NCBI GenBank assembly: GCA_016932915.1
Contig: JAFGBY010000106.1
Location: 1 to 57,499, forward strand
Reading direction: 5' to 3'
DNA: 57,499 bases
From: Acidobacteriota bacterium
Lineage (GTDB): Bacteria; Acidobacteriota; DATKUA01; JAFGBY01
Shown here: piece by piece, positions 34,226-43,177 of the stretch
How the letters are laid out: the number at the start of each line of letters is the position of its first letter
Numbering within the stretch: position 1 is the stretch's first letter
Notes under the pieces: model-generated
What the model was told of the DNA's origin: nothing
The model's input: only the letters and a program-made list of their open reading frames with translations
Database searches by the model: none
Program-made: the position numbers and the translations under genes

Positions 34226-34933
34226 TTATTTATCTTTCAGGGGTTTGAGGCAGAGGAACCAGTCGAGGCATTTATAATCATCCCCGGCGGATTTTACCCT
34301 GTCCTCAGCCTGTCCGCATGATCCCGGAGGCGGGATTATCACGTCATCACCTGGTCGCCAATCTGCCGGTGTCGCCACCCCGTGTTTATCGGAGGTCTGC
34401 ATCGCCATCAGTATCCTTTTCAGTTCATCAAAGTTCCTGCCGTTCGACAGCGGGTAGTATATCAGCGCCCTGATGATACCCTTTGGGTCGATGAAGAAAA
34501 CAGCGCGTACAGCCTGTGTGTCGCTTGCGCCCGGTTGGACCATACCGAAGCTCTTTGCGACATCCATCTTCAGGTCGGCAATCACCGGGAACTTGACTTC
34601 GATGTTTTCCATATCCTTGAATTTGATTTTTTCCTTGATAGTGCGCAGCCATGCGATGTGGCTGAAGTGGCTGTCAATGGAGAGGCCTATCAATTCGGTG
34701 TTGAGCTCTTTGAATTCTTTTTCCATCTTTGCGAAGGTCATAAATTCGGTTGTACATACCGGTGTGAAGTCTGCGGGATGCGAGAACAGGATAACCCATT
34801 TACCTTTATAATCTTCAGGGAAATTGATCTCGCCCTGTGTGGTTTTCGCTTTGAATGCAGGCGCTTTTTCGCCGATCAGGGGTACTCGTACTCTTTCCTC
34901 TTCTTTTGCTTCCATAATTTCCTTTTCGCTCAT
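34226..34933 (-). CDS. Peroxiredoxin (1-Cys/Prx6-like, AhpC/TSA family)
   Basis: WVILFSHPADFTPVCTTE peroxidatic-Cys motif. ATG 34933 (MSEKEIM...), preceded by AAGGAGAG, is preferred to the track start at 34987, which would overlap the upstream regulator gene. Confidence 0.92.
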   Translation of the reverse strand: MSEKEIMEAKEEERVRVPLIGEKAPAFKAKTTQGEINFPEDYKGKWVILFSHPADFTPVCTTEFMTFAKMEKEFKELNTELIGLSIDSHFSHIAWLRTIKEKIKFKDMENIEVKFPVIADLKMDVAKSFGMVQPGASDTQAVRAVFFIDPKGIIRALIYYPLSNGRNFDELKRILMAMQTSDKHGVATPADWRPGDDVIIPPPGSCGQAEDRVKSAGDDYKCLDWFLCLKPLKDK

Positions 34934-34953
34934 TTTTCTCTCCTTATTATTTA

Positions 34954-35388
34954 TTAATTTGTAATAGTATTTCTGCATTTGTTGCATAAACCTTTGATTT
35001 CAATCTGAGTGGTCGTAACTTCCCCGATATTATTTATCGATTCAGGCACGGGAATTTTATCCAGGTTCTCATCATAAAGGTCATATATTGTTCCGCATAT
35101 TGTGCATATGAAATGATGATGCGGCTTTAAATTACCGTCAAATTTTGCCCTTTCACATGGAAAACCAACTGTAGAAATAAGACCGTGTTTTGCCAGCAGC
35201 CACAGGGTTCTGTAGACTGTATCCAACGAAATGGAAGGCATTGAAGGTTTGAGTTTTTCAAATACTTCCATTGCGTCGGGATGGATGTGAGATTCAGCCA
35301 CAAACTTAAGAATCTCCAATCTTTGTTGCGTAGCTTTCAGGCCTTTTGACTTGATGTTTTCTGTTAATTCTTCGTATGTTACTTTCAT
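34954..35388 (-). CDS. Fur-family transcriptional regulator (PerR-like)
   Basis: 144 aa. wHTH (ATQQRLEILKFV), HHHFICTICG and C-terminal CNKCR metal sites. Lies immediately upstream of the peroxiredoxin. Confidence 0.88.
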   Translation of the reverse strand: MKVTYEELTENIKSKGLKATQQRLEILKFVAESHIHPDAMEVFEKLKPSMPSISLDTVYRTLWLLAKHGLISTVGFPCERAKFDGNLKPHHHFICTICGTIYDLYDENLDKIPVPESINNIGEVTTTQIEIKGLCNKCRNTITN

Positions 35389-35437
35389 CTTAACACCTCG
35401 GGTATTATTACGGGCTTAGAATGGATATATTCCTAAG

Positions 35438-35452
35438 TAAGAATAATTCTTA
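35438..35452. promoter_or_regulatory. Candidate Fur-family (PerR-type) operator, perfect 7-1-7 inverted repeat
   Basis: TAAGAATAATTCTTA keeps the AAT-N-ATT core of Fur/PerR/Zur 7-1-7 boxes. It lies 50-64 nt upstream of the PerR-like start codon at 35388. Confidence 0.55.
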
Positions 35453-35573
35453 ATAAAAAACTTATTTGAGGAACTGCTAATTTTATAAAGATGCCAGGCA
35501 AAATTTTATATAGAAAAAGTGTATTAATTTCCTGAACAGCTTATGTTAGAATGTGCCCAGAGGAGATGTTAGA

Positions 35574-37121
35574 GTGAAACATTTAGTAAAACCTGATGGG
35601 ATTCTGGACGCTCATCTGCTCGAACTGTTCGAAAATGCGGAAAAGAATCCTAATAAAACGGACATATTTATTACCCTCGGAAAAGCGCTTAATCTTCGCG
35701 AATATACATGTGAAGCGAGGGGAATATTTGAAAATATACTTGAAAAAGAACCGGATAATAATTTTGCGTCTTATGAATACATCTTTGCTGTAGGCCTTGA
35801 AGATGATGCAATGCGTGATCTTGCCGGTGTATATGAAAAAAAATACAATAGTAAAAAGAATTTCATCACAGTGCGCAACCTCGCGTTGATTTATCATTAT
35901 ATTGGCGAGACAGAGAAAGCGAATGCACTATGTGAAGAGATGCTTGCACTTGATGATAAGGATTATACCGCATACGAGGTTTATGCTTATCTTCATTTCT
36001 GGCAGGATCAGTATGACGAGGCTCTTGCTTATGCGAAAAAAGGGCTACAGGTTAAAAAGGACAATTGCAGGTCATGGAGATTAGTAGGGCATTGCCAATT
36101 CGAGAAAAATAATCTGGATGAGGCCGAAGCTGCATATAAAGCAGCGATCAGTTATGAAGAAGGTTACCTTAGGGGCTGGTATTCTCTTGGGCAGTTAATC
36201 CTCAATTACCCTGACCGTTATGCCGAGGGCCTGCAAAGCATTTCAAAAGCTATTTCTATAAATCCGGGTTACTGGAACAGCTATTTCACCATGGTGAATT
36301 TTTACCTCGGCAATAAAAGGCACACAGAGGCCCTTGCGGAATGCTACAGGATCCTCACACTCTCGCCTCCGCCAGCTGTGATGATAGAGGCTTATAATTA
36401 CCTGGGATTGTTATATTATTCAAAGGGTGAACATCGAAAAGCGTTAATGAACTTCCAGAAGGTCCTGGAAAAAGAGCCTTCTTCCAGTCTCGCGCTTTAC
36501 TATATCGGCCAGATCAAATTAAAATCCGGCGAACCTGAACAGGCGCTGAATTATTTCGAGAGGTCCATAGAAGCGGATCCCAATTTTGTATGGCCTTATA
36601 CTCAGTCAGGTTTCGCGTTGATCGAGTTGAAACAGCTGGATAAGGCGACAAAAAAATTCAACCGTGCTCTTGAACTTGATTCCAATGAGTACTGGGCATA
36701 TATGGGGCTTGCGGATATCTACAGGAAAAACCGCAAACAGAAGATGCAGCTCGATATGATGCTAAAAGCTGCAGCGATCGAACCGAATGACAGTGATGTG
36801 CAGAACAGATTGGCGATAGCTTATGAGTGTAACCAGGATGTAATAAAAGCGGAAGGGGCTTATCTGCAATCCCTCAAGTTTGACCCGATGAACAGAAAAG
36901 CGGCGAACAACCTTGGTTATCTCTATGAGAAAGAATTCGAGAAAACAGGAAATACTGATTATAAAAATAAGGCAATAGATGCGTGGAAAAGACGTTTATT
37001 AATATGCAGGGATACCAACAGTTCGATGACTGGGGCAATAAATCATCTACAGAAGCTCGACGTTAGAGAGTCCCTGATAGAAAAATGGATTGAAATAGGA
37101 CAAATCAAAGAAGATAAATAA
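35574..37121 (+). CDS. TPR-repeat protein
   Basis: About 515 aa of consecutive TPR units (AEAAYKAAISYEEGY, ALMNFQKVLEKEPSS, ALNYFERSIEADPNF, ...). GTG 35574, 8 nt after AGGAG, is preferred to GTG 35553; the start is uncertain. Confidence 0.8.
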   Translation: MKHLVKPDGILDAHLLELFENAEKNPNKTDIFITLGKALNLREYTCEARGIFENILEKEPDNNFASYEYIFAVGLEDDAMRDLAGVYEKKYNSKKNFITVRNLALIYHYIGETEKANALCEEMLALDDKDYTAYEVYAYLHFWQDQYDEALAYAKKGLQVKKDNCRSWRLVGHCQFEKNNLDEAEAAYKAAISYEEGYLRGWYSLGQLILNYPDRYAEGLQSISKAISINPGYWNSYFTMVNFYLGNKRHTEALAECYRILTLSPPPAVMIEAYNYLGLLYYSKGEHRKALMNFQKVLEKEPSSSLALYYIGQIKLKSGEPEQALNYFERSIEADPNFVWPYTQSGFALIELKQLDKATKKFNRALELDSNEYWAYMGLADIYRKNRKQKMQLDMMLKAAAIEPNDSDVQNRLAIAYECNQDVIKAEGAYLQSLKFDPMNRKAANNLGYLYEKEFEKTGNTDYKNKAIDAWKRRLLICRDTNSSMTGAINHLQKLDVRESLIEKWIEIGQIKEDK

Positions 37122-37192
37122 AATCTTCTTTCTTGAAGCAAAAAAGGTTTTCAAACGTATAATCTTTTTAAGAAACCAATAGGAGGTATACA

Positions 37193-37903
37193 ATGTTTAA
37201 AAGTGGTTCAAGGAAATTGTTTTTGTCGTTACTGCTTGTTGCAGTATTATCATTACCGGTTTTAGCGGATTATAAAATTACGCAGAAAAACCATATGGAT
37301 GGAATTATGGGTCAACCCCCGACCGATCAGGTTATAGTGATTCTTTATTCAAATGCAGGGGTTAGGCAGGATATTAATGAACAGTCTTCTATCCTTTTCC
37401 ATCCAAACGGCGACATGATTTTTCTCAATCATGCTGAAAAAAACTATTCTGTAATCGATTTTGAACAGCTAAAACCTATGCTCGATATGGCGATGGGGAT
37501 GATGGGAGAGATTAAAACCGATGTTTCAAATACTGGAAAAACACAGAAAATCGGTAAATACCCAACTACCTTGTGGAAAGTAAAAATGACTTCGCAGATG
37601 TTCAATATGGATCTTGATGTTTATGTCACACCTGAAATCAAGCAGGGAGATATTTATAAAAAGTTCCAGGAGAAATGGGCATTGATGCAGGGTCCGATGG
37701 CGGATATGGTCAAAAAGATGAATTCTATGGACGGATTTGCAGTAAAAACAGTTGGGTCAGTGTCTGTTATGGGTCAGACTGTAAATATGATTAATGAGGT
37801 AACAGAAGTTGATAGTAAGGCTATCCCAGCAAAAATGTTTGCAGTACCTGCCGGTTACACCAAAACCGAATTTAATTTAACGGATATGCAGGGTTTGAAA
37901 TAA
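37193..37903 (+). CDS. Secreted protein of unknown function (tentatively DUF4412-like)
   Basis: 236 aa. Signal peptide ending LPVLADYKITQK. Met-rich. GGAGG RBS. Paralogous to 38020..38751. Confidence 0.6.
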   Translation: MFKSGSRKLFLSLLLVAVLSLPVLADYKITQKNHMDGIMGQPPTDQVIVILYSNAGVRQDINEQSSILFHPNGDMIFLNHAEKNYSVIDFEQLKPMLDMAMGMMGEIKTDVSNTGKTQKIGKYPTTLWKVKMTSQMFNMDLDVYVTPEIKQGDIYKKFQEKWALMQGPMADMVKKMNSMDGFAVKTVGSVSVMGQTVNMINEVTEVDSKAIPAKMFAVPAGYTKTEFNLTDMQGLK

Positions 37904-37925
37904 AGTTAATTTAGTATACAATCAC

Positions 37926-37961
37926 ACCCCGATGCCTGTTGCATCGGGGTTTTATTTTTTT
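37926..37961 (+). terminator. Rho-independent terminator
   Basis: accccgatgc-ctgtt-gcatcggggt followed by a T-rich run (tttattttttt). Confidence 0.85.
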
Positions 37962-38019
37962 AATCGAACATTCGGTTACTAAATACGTAAACTTTATTGA
38001 ATATTTACAGGAGGACAAC

Positions 38020-38751
38020 ATGAATTTAAGAAAGAACTTTGCGCTCGCATGTACATTACTGCTCGCGCTGATGGTTGCTTTGCCGGCAGTAGCGGACTAT
38101 AAAATTACCCGTTCAGATACGGCTGTTGTTGGTGATAAGGCTCAGGATCCAGTTGAACAAGTTATCTATCTTTCCGATCATGGTATGCTTATTAAGACAA
38201 GTGAAGATACAGCAATATTATATAATGCTAAGGAAGATGAGATATATTTCCTTCTTACTGGAAATAAACAGTATATGAAAATGGACTGGGCAAAAGTTGC
38301 AGCTCAGAAAGAAGCGTATTCAAAATTGATTGATAGCATGACCTTTACTTTTAAAGACACCAAGAGAAAAGAAAAAGTAGGCGAATGGAATACCAATGTT
38401 TGGGAAATGATCGTTGAAGGTTCCTTTGGTAAGAGTGAGATGAAATTCTATGAATGCCCTGATTTAAAGACCTCTCCTGCTATCGAAAAAGCGACCGATA
38501 AATTTACAGCGATGAATCCTTTTAGCAAACCAGAAATGGTCACTGAAATGAAAAAGATGAAAGGGTTTCCTGTGAAAACAGTCATCACCCAGGAAACACC
38601 GGGTGGTAGTTCTGAAGTGACTCAGCTTGTAACAAAAATCGAAGAAAAAGATCTTAAACCTGATATGTTTGAATTACATAAAAAGTTTAAAGAAATTGAT
38701 TTTGATTATGTAAAATTTAATAAAATCCAGGCTGCAGCAAATAAAAAGTAA
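38020..38751 (+). CDS. Secreted protein of unknown function, paralogue of 37193..37903
   Basis: ATG 38020 preceded by GGAGG. Signal peptide ending LPAVADYKITRS. Shared motifs (ADYKIT, MKGFPVKTV vs MDGFAVKTV). The track ORF from 37939 runs through the upstream terminator. Confidence 0.6.
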   Translation: MNLRKNFALACTLLLALMVALPAVADYKITRSDTAVVGDKAQDPVEQVIYLSDHGMLIKTSEDTAILYNAKEDEIYFLLTGNKQYMKMDWAKVAAQKEAYSKLIDSMTFTFKDTKRKEKVGEWNTNVWEMIVEGSFGKSEMKFYECPDLKTSPAIEKATDKFTAMNPFSKPEMVTEMKKMKGFPVKTVITQETPGGSSEVTQLVTKIEEKDLKPDMFELHKKFKEIDFDYVKFNKIQAAANKK

Positions 38752-38891
38752 ATAATTACTGTATCAGATTTTTAAAAAGGGCTCTCCGGAGCTCTTTTTT
38801 TTTGAACAAATCTACATTACTCCTGTCTAATTCAATTGGGTGGTTTTTATGGGATTGTTGTGTTTATGAAAAAATGAATAATCTTGCGTGA

Positions 38892-39587
38892 GTGTGTATG
38901 TTTTCAAAGGACAAGTTTGATGTTATACTCAGCATGCTCGAAACTATTACTATCGATGAGGAGTATTTCCGCTTGCCCGAAGTTGAAATTAACAGGGAAG
39001 AAGAGGCATTACTTATCCACCGCGCATTAATGGGCGAGGATGAAGCTTTCACGGACCTTGTCAGGATTCATCATAAAATGGTGTTCAACTTAGGCTACAG
39101 GTTTTTAAACTCTGCTGAAGAGGCTGAAGAGCTGACGCAGGAGGTATTTCTTCGTGTTTACAGGTTCCTTCCGAGATTTAAAAAGGAATCCAGCCTTAAA
39201 ACATGGATATATAGAATAACGGTTAATTCCGCCCTGAACAGGCAGCAATGGCTAAAGAGAAGAAAATCTGAAAAACACGTTTCTTTAAATCAGAAGAATA
39301 ATGATGACGAAAGGGAGCTCCAGGATATAATCCCGGATGAAAGCCCCTCTCCAGAAAATAGTACAATAAATACGGAATTACAGAACAAAATCCAGGAATG
39401 CCTATCTAAAGTACCGAAGAAGCTCAGAATTGCGGTGATTCTTCGGGATATTGAGGGGCTGTCATATGAAGAGATTGCGGTCGCTCTTGGAATTAACGAC
39501 GGTACAGTTAAATCACGTATTGCAAGAGGCAGATCGGCACTGAGGGATTACCTCAGTGATTATATAGAGGTAAGAAATGACAACTGA
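38892..39587 (+). CDS. ECF-type RNA polymerase sigma-70 factor with an N-terminal extension
   Basis: Region 2 (AEELTQEVFLRVYRFLPRFK, WIYRITVN) and region 4 (LRIAVILRDIEGLSYEEIAVALGINDGTVKSRIARGRSAL). About 45 extra N-terminal residues if the annotated start is real. Confidence 0.88.
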   Translation: MCMFSKDKFDVILSMLETITIDEEYFRLPEVEINREEEALLIHRALMGEDEAFTDLVRIHHKMVFNLGYRFLNSAEEAEELTQEVFLRVYRFLPRFKKESSLKTWIYRITVNSALNRQQWLKRRKSEKHVSLNQKNNDDERELQDIIPDESPSPENSTINTELQNKIQECLSKVPKKLRIAVILRDIEGLSYEEIAVALGINDGTVKSRIARGRSALRDYLSDYIEVRNDN

Positions 39588-40863
39588 GGTTATTAGAACG
39601 AAAATATCAGCTTATATAGACGGAGCGCTTAATCCTTCTGAGAGGGATGAGGTTGCCCGTCTGATAAAAGAAAACAGTACGTGGGAACAAGAGTACAAAG
39701 CGATTAAAAAAACCGCTGAAATACTCTCACAACTTGATCGCCTCAGTGCACCTGAAGACCTTGTACATAAAGTGAATCGTTCGATTGCCCTCTCGAAGAA
39801 AGGCTTGCTGAACAGATTCAACGACCATTTTACTTTCACACTCACACGTTCTCCGGTATTCCAGTATCTTGCATTAATTGTAGCTCTGGTTGTGATTGTT
39901 TTTTCAGGTTCATTGATAATTCTCAAAGATAATATTTTTAAAAATGATCAGACAGCCAGGATGCTAAAGGAGACTGACTGGGTTGATAAGAAGGTTAAGG
40001 AACTTGATAAACAGATCGCAAAAGACGGCTATAAATGGATGCACTTGAGAATTAATGATGATGGAACCGTGGAAGTTCGTCATATTGGCGAAAAAGAACC
40101 AGAAGCTGCTAATGAAGATGATTTTGTAGCTGAAAATAAACCTATCCGGCAATTAAAGGGGAAAGATTTAACAAGAGAGAAATCTCCAACTGCATCCAGT
40201 ATGGATAAGAAAGAAAATTTGACGAAAAAAAGTAGTCCTCGGTTGAATGCACCTGTACGGATGAATGAGGATAAAAAAGATACAAAAGCAGCAGAAGAAG
40301 AACAACTACACTCACTCGGTTACCTGAGCGATTCCTCCAAGAGTGAAGTTAAAGAAGAATTGGCAGTGGATTCGGCAATTGCAGCTAAAAGTGATAAAGA
40401 GAAAGCTCAGTCAGATAAAGAAAGAGCTGAGGACAGGTTAGCCGCAGCGAAAGCAGCTCCCCCGACAAAGACTGAACCAGCAATGGAAGGTTCTTCAAGA
40501 ATGAAAGTTCGAAGAAAAACCAGCATTCCAGGGCGAACACAGGTGGCTGAATCTCAATCCGAAACGCCGGCTCCTGCGCCGGATAAAAATATTCAAATTG
40601 AAATTACTCAATATCCAACTCTTATAAAAATAGGCAAACTCCATAAAGCCGACTTGAGAAGGATTAAGCAGGATTCGATTACCGCAATATTGACAATTGA
40701 TCCGGAAGGAATTGTTGAATCTGCGGAACTTCTCGAGGGCACTGGTATTGAATCAATCGATCAGAGAGTGATAACTCTACTCGAAAAGGCAAAATTTGAA
40801 CCGGCCTATACAAAAGATGGACCTGTTTCATATACATTTAAAATCAAACTTGATCTTAAATAA
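39577..40863 (+). CDS. Anti-sigma-factor-like membrane protein with a C-terminal TonB_C-like domain
   Basis: 11-nt overlap with the sigma gene. N-terminus IRTKISAYIDGALNPSERDEV resembles the anti-sigma domain but lacks the H/C zinc ligands. One TM (VFQYLALIVALVVIVFSGSLIIL). K/E/A/S-rich linker. C-terminus ITAILTIDPEGIVESAELLEGTGIESIDQRVITLLEKAKFEPAYTKDGPVSYTFKIKLDL fits the TonB C-terminal pattern. Confidence 0.68.
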   Translation: MTTEVIRTKISAYIDGALNPSERDEVARLIKENSTWEQEYKAIKKTAEILSQLDRLSAPEDLVHKVNRSIALSKKGLLNRFNDHFTFTLTRSPVFQYLALIVALVVIVFSGSLIILKDNIFKNDQTARMLKETDWVDKKVKELDKQIAKDGYKWMHLRINDDGTVEVRHIGEKEPEAANEDDFVAENKPIRQLKGKDLTREKSPTASSMDKKENLTKKSSPRLNAPVRMNEDKKDTKAAEEEQLHSLGYLSDSSKSEVKEELAVDSAIAAKSDKEKAQSDKERAEDRLAAAKAAPPTKTEPAMEGSSRMKVRRKTSIPGRTQVAESQSETPAPAPDKNIQIEITQYPTLIKIGKLHKADLRRIKQDSITAILTIDPEGIVESAELLEGTGIESIDQRVITLLEKAKFEPAYTKDGPVSYTFKIKLDLK

Positions 40864-40964
40864 TACAAATAATCCTGATTTTACGGAACCTGATATTATA
40901 TACCTTGTCTATCCATCTGAACTTGATTTAAAAGTAATAAATTGAAACAGAAAGGATAAACATA

Positions 40965-43109
40965 ATGAAAACTTATAAAACTCCATTAATTTCATTTTTA
41001 ATGCTTGTTTCACTTTCTTTGCTGGTTTCCGCGCAAGCTTTAATCATGCCGGAACCTCCCAGGAGAGTGCAAAGATTCGAAGATTTTGAAGTTAAAAGTA
41101 TCAATGTTAAGGTAATTATTGATAATTTTGCTGCTGAAACTATCGTTGAACATGTATTCTATAATCCCAATAACTTTATTATGGAAGCGCAGTATATCTA
41201 CATTCTCCCGGAGAATGCGGTTGCTACGGGTCTTTCGATGTGGATGAACGGGAAAAAGGTAAAGGGAGAGCTCCTGGATAAGGACAAAGCACGTGGGATA
41301 TATGAGGATATTGTCAGGAGAATGAAAGACCCGGCGCTCCTCGAATTTGCCGGATGCAATATGTTCAAGGCGAGGATATACCCGATCAATCCCCGAAGCA
41401 CACAGAAAATAGAAATTCGCTATCACCAGGAGCTTCCGGGCAGTTCAGGTATAGTTGAATACCGTTATCCCCTCAGGAGTGATAAATTCTATAAAAAGCA
41501 GACATGTAGTTTTGTGTTTGATCTTAAACTGAATTCTAAAAAGAAAATTAAATCGGTTTATTGCCCCACTCATGAATTGGATATCGTAAAGAAGGATGAT
41601 TACAGCGCAGTTGCTTCTTTGGAGAAGAAAAATTTTAAATCCAACCGAGATCTTCAGCTGTTCTATACTTTAAGCGATAAGGAATTCGGCCTGAATCTTC
41701 TGACCTATCGTCCTGATAGAAGTGAAGATGGTTACTTCATGCTGCTTCTTTCTCCGAAAACCGATATTGATAAAGATGATGTCCAACCAAAGGATATAGT
41801 ATTTGTCCTGGATCGTTCAGGTAGTATGGAGGATGACGATAAAATCAGCCAGGCAATACGCGCACTTAAATACGGCGTGAAGAACCTTAATTCGGAAGAT
41901 CGATTCAACGTCATTACATTTTCAACAGAAGAGAAGCTGTTCCGAAACTCATTAGTTCCGGCAAATAAAGATAACATCCAATCTGCATTAAAATTTCTTG
42001 AAAAAACTGATGCGGCTGGTGGAACTAATATCTATGATGCATTGGATTCCGCAAGGAAAATGTTCAAGGGCAAGGGTTTAAAAGCTATAGTGTTTCTTAC
42101 TGACGGACTACCGACAGTGGGGGAGACCAATACCGATAAAATTATAAAACTCTTCGGTAATGATCATAGTGATGACCTTCGTGTTTTCTGCTTCGGTCTT
42201 GGTTATGATGTAAATACTAAGTTACTTGATTCCATTGCCCAGGAGAATAAAGGTACTTCGGATTATGTTAAACCGTCGGAGAATATCGAGATCAAAGTAA
42301 CATCCTTCTTTAACAAGATAAATTATCCCGTATTGACGGATCTCGAGTTAGATTTTGGTAAAGTTGATGCAAGTCTGCTTTATCCAAAATCTCTGCCTGA
42401 TTTGTTTAAAGATACGCAGCTTGTAGTATATGGCAGGTATTCAGGGAACGGTTCAACCGCTGTAGAACTTACAGGAGAGATAAAGGGAAAGAAAAAGAAA
42501 TTTGTCTATGATGCATCATTTGCTAAAGAAAGTGATGAACATGAGTTTATAGCATACCTCTGGGCAGCCAGGAGGATTGGACATCTACTTGATGAAATAA
42601 GGTTGAATGGCGAGAACAGTGAGCTAAAAAACGAGATTATCAAACTTTCCAAAAAATATGGGATTGTAACACCTTATACATCCTATCTTGTTACTGAAGA
42701 CGAAAAAATTGCCAGAACGCGAAGAGATTTTAATGGGCCTGCAAGTGGAGCAAATGCGCTTGAAGATGCCGAATCTGATTATTCTGCTGCGCCAAGTGTT
42801 GGTCAATATACCGGAAGAGCCGCAGTTAAAGAATCAACAAGGATGAAAAAGATCAAAGGAGAGGAATCAATCTCTGAAGGTATGATAAGCGATAAAGTAC
42901 AGCATGTAGCCGGTAAAACTTTTGTTATGAAAGACGGTATATGGGTGGATTCCGCTTACAACGAAAATATGAAATTGAAACGGATTAAATTCGGCAGCGA
43001 TGAGTACTTTAGGTTTGTTTCAAAGAACACAAAATATTCTAAGTTCTTTGCACTCGGTTCTAAACTTATTATAGTAATCGAGGGAGATGCTTACGAGATC
43101 TATGAATAA
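40965..43109 (+). CDS. Secreted VIT-domain + von Willebrand factor A domain protein
   Basis: 714 aa. Signal peptide, then a VIT-like N-terminus (VKVIIDNFAAETIVEHVFYNPNN...MWMNGKKVKGELLDKDKARGIYEDIV). vWA MIDAS motif VFVLDRSGSM...GGTNIYDAL...FLTDGLPT. Confidence 0.88.
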   Translation: MKTYKTPLISFLMLVSLSLLVSAQALIMPEPPRRVQRFEDFEVKSINVKVIIDNFAAETIVEHVFYNPNNFIMEAQYIYILPENAVATGLSMWMNGKKVKGELLDKDKARGIYEDIVRRMKDPALLEFAGCNMFKARIYPINPRSTQKIEIRYHQELPGSSGIVEYRYPLRSDKFYKKQTCSFVFDLKLNSKKKIKSVYCPTHELDIVKKDDYSAVASLEKKNFKSNRDLQLFYTLSDKEFGLNLLTYRPDRSEDGYFMLLLSPKTDIDKDDVQPKDIVFVLDRSGSMEDDDKISQAIRALKYGVKNLNSEDRFNVITFSTEEKLFRNSLVPANKDNIQSALKFLEKTDAAGGTNIYDALDSARKMFKGKGLKAIVFLTDGLPTVGETNTDKIIKLFGNDHSDDLRVFCFGLGYDVNTKLLDSIAQENKGTSDYVKPSENIEIKVTSFFNKINYPVLTDLELDFGKVDASLLYPKSLPDLFKDTQLVVYGRYSGNGSTAVELTGEIKGKKKKFVYDASFAKESDEHEFIAYLWAARRIGHLLDEIRLNGENSELKNEIIKLSKKYGIVTPYTSYLVTEDEKIARTRRDFNGPASGANALEDAESDYSAAPSVGQYTGRAAVKESTRMKKIKGEESISEGMISDKVQHVAGKTFVMKDGIWVDSAYNENMKLKRIKFGSDEYFRFVSKNTKYSKFFALGSKLIIVIEGDAYEIYE

Positions 43110-43125
43110 TCTCCGTTAATAAAAT

Positions 43126-43156
43126 AACAGCGGGTGAGATTTCCTCACCCGCTGTT
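43126..43156. terminator. Bidirectional terminator hairpin
   Basis: aacagcgggtgag-atttc-ctcacccgctgtt: a perfect 13-bp stem between convergent genes. Confidence 0.8.
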
Positions 43157-43177
43157 TAATTTTACGATTTTTTCTTT

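Noticed and set aside
34382-34957. 191-aa plus-strand ORF, together with 34473..34811, antisense to the peroxiredoxin gene.
   Set aside because: The minus-strand frame carries the unmistakable FSHPADFTPVCTTE peroxiredoxin motif. The antisense frames have no motifs or translation signals.
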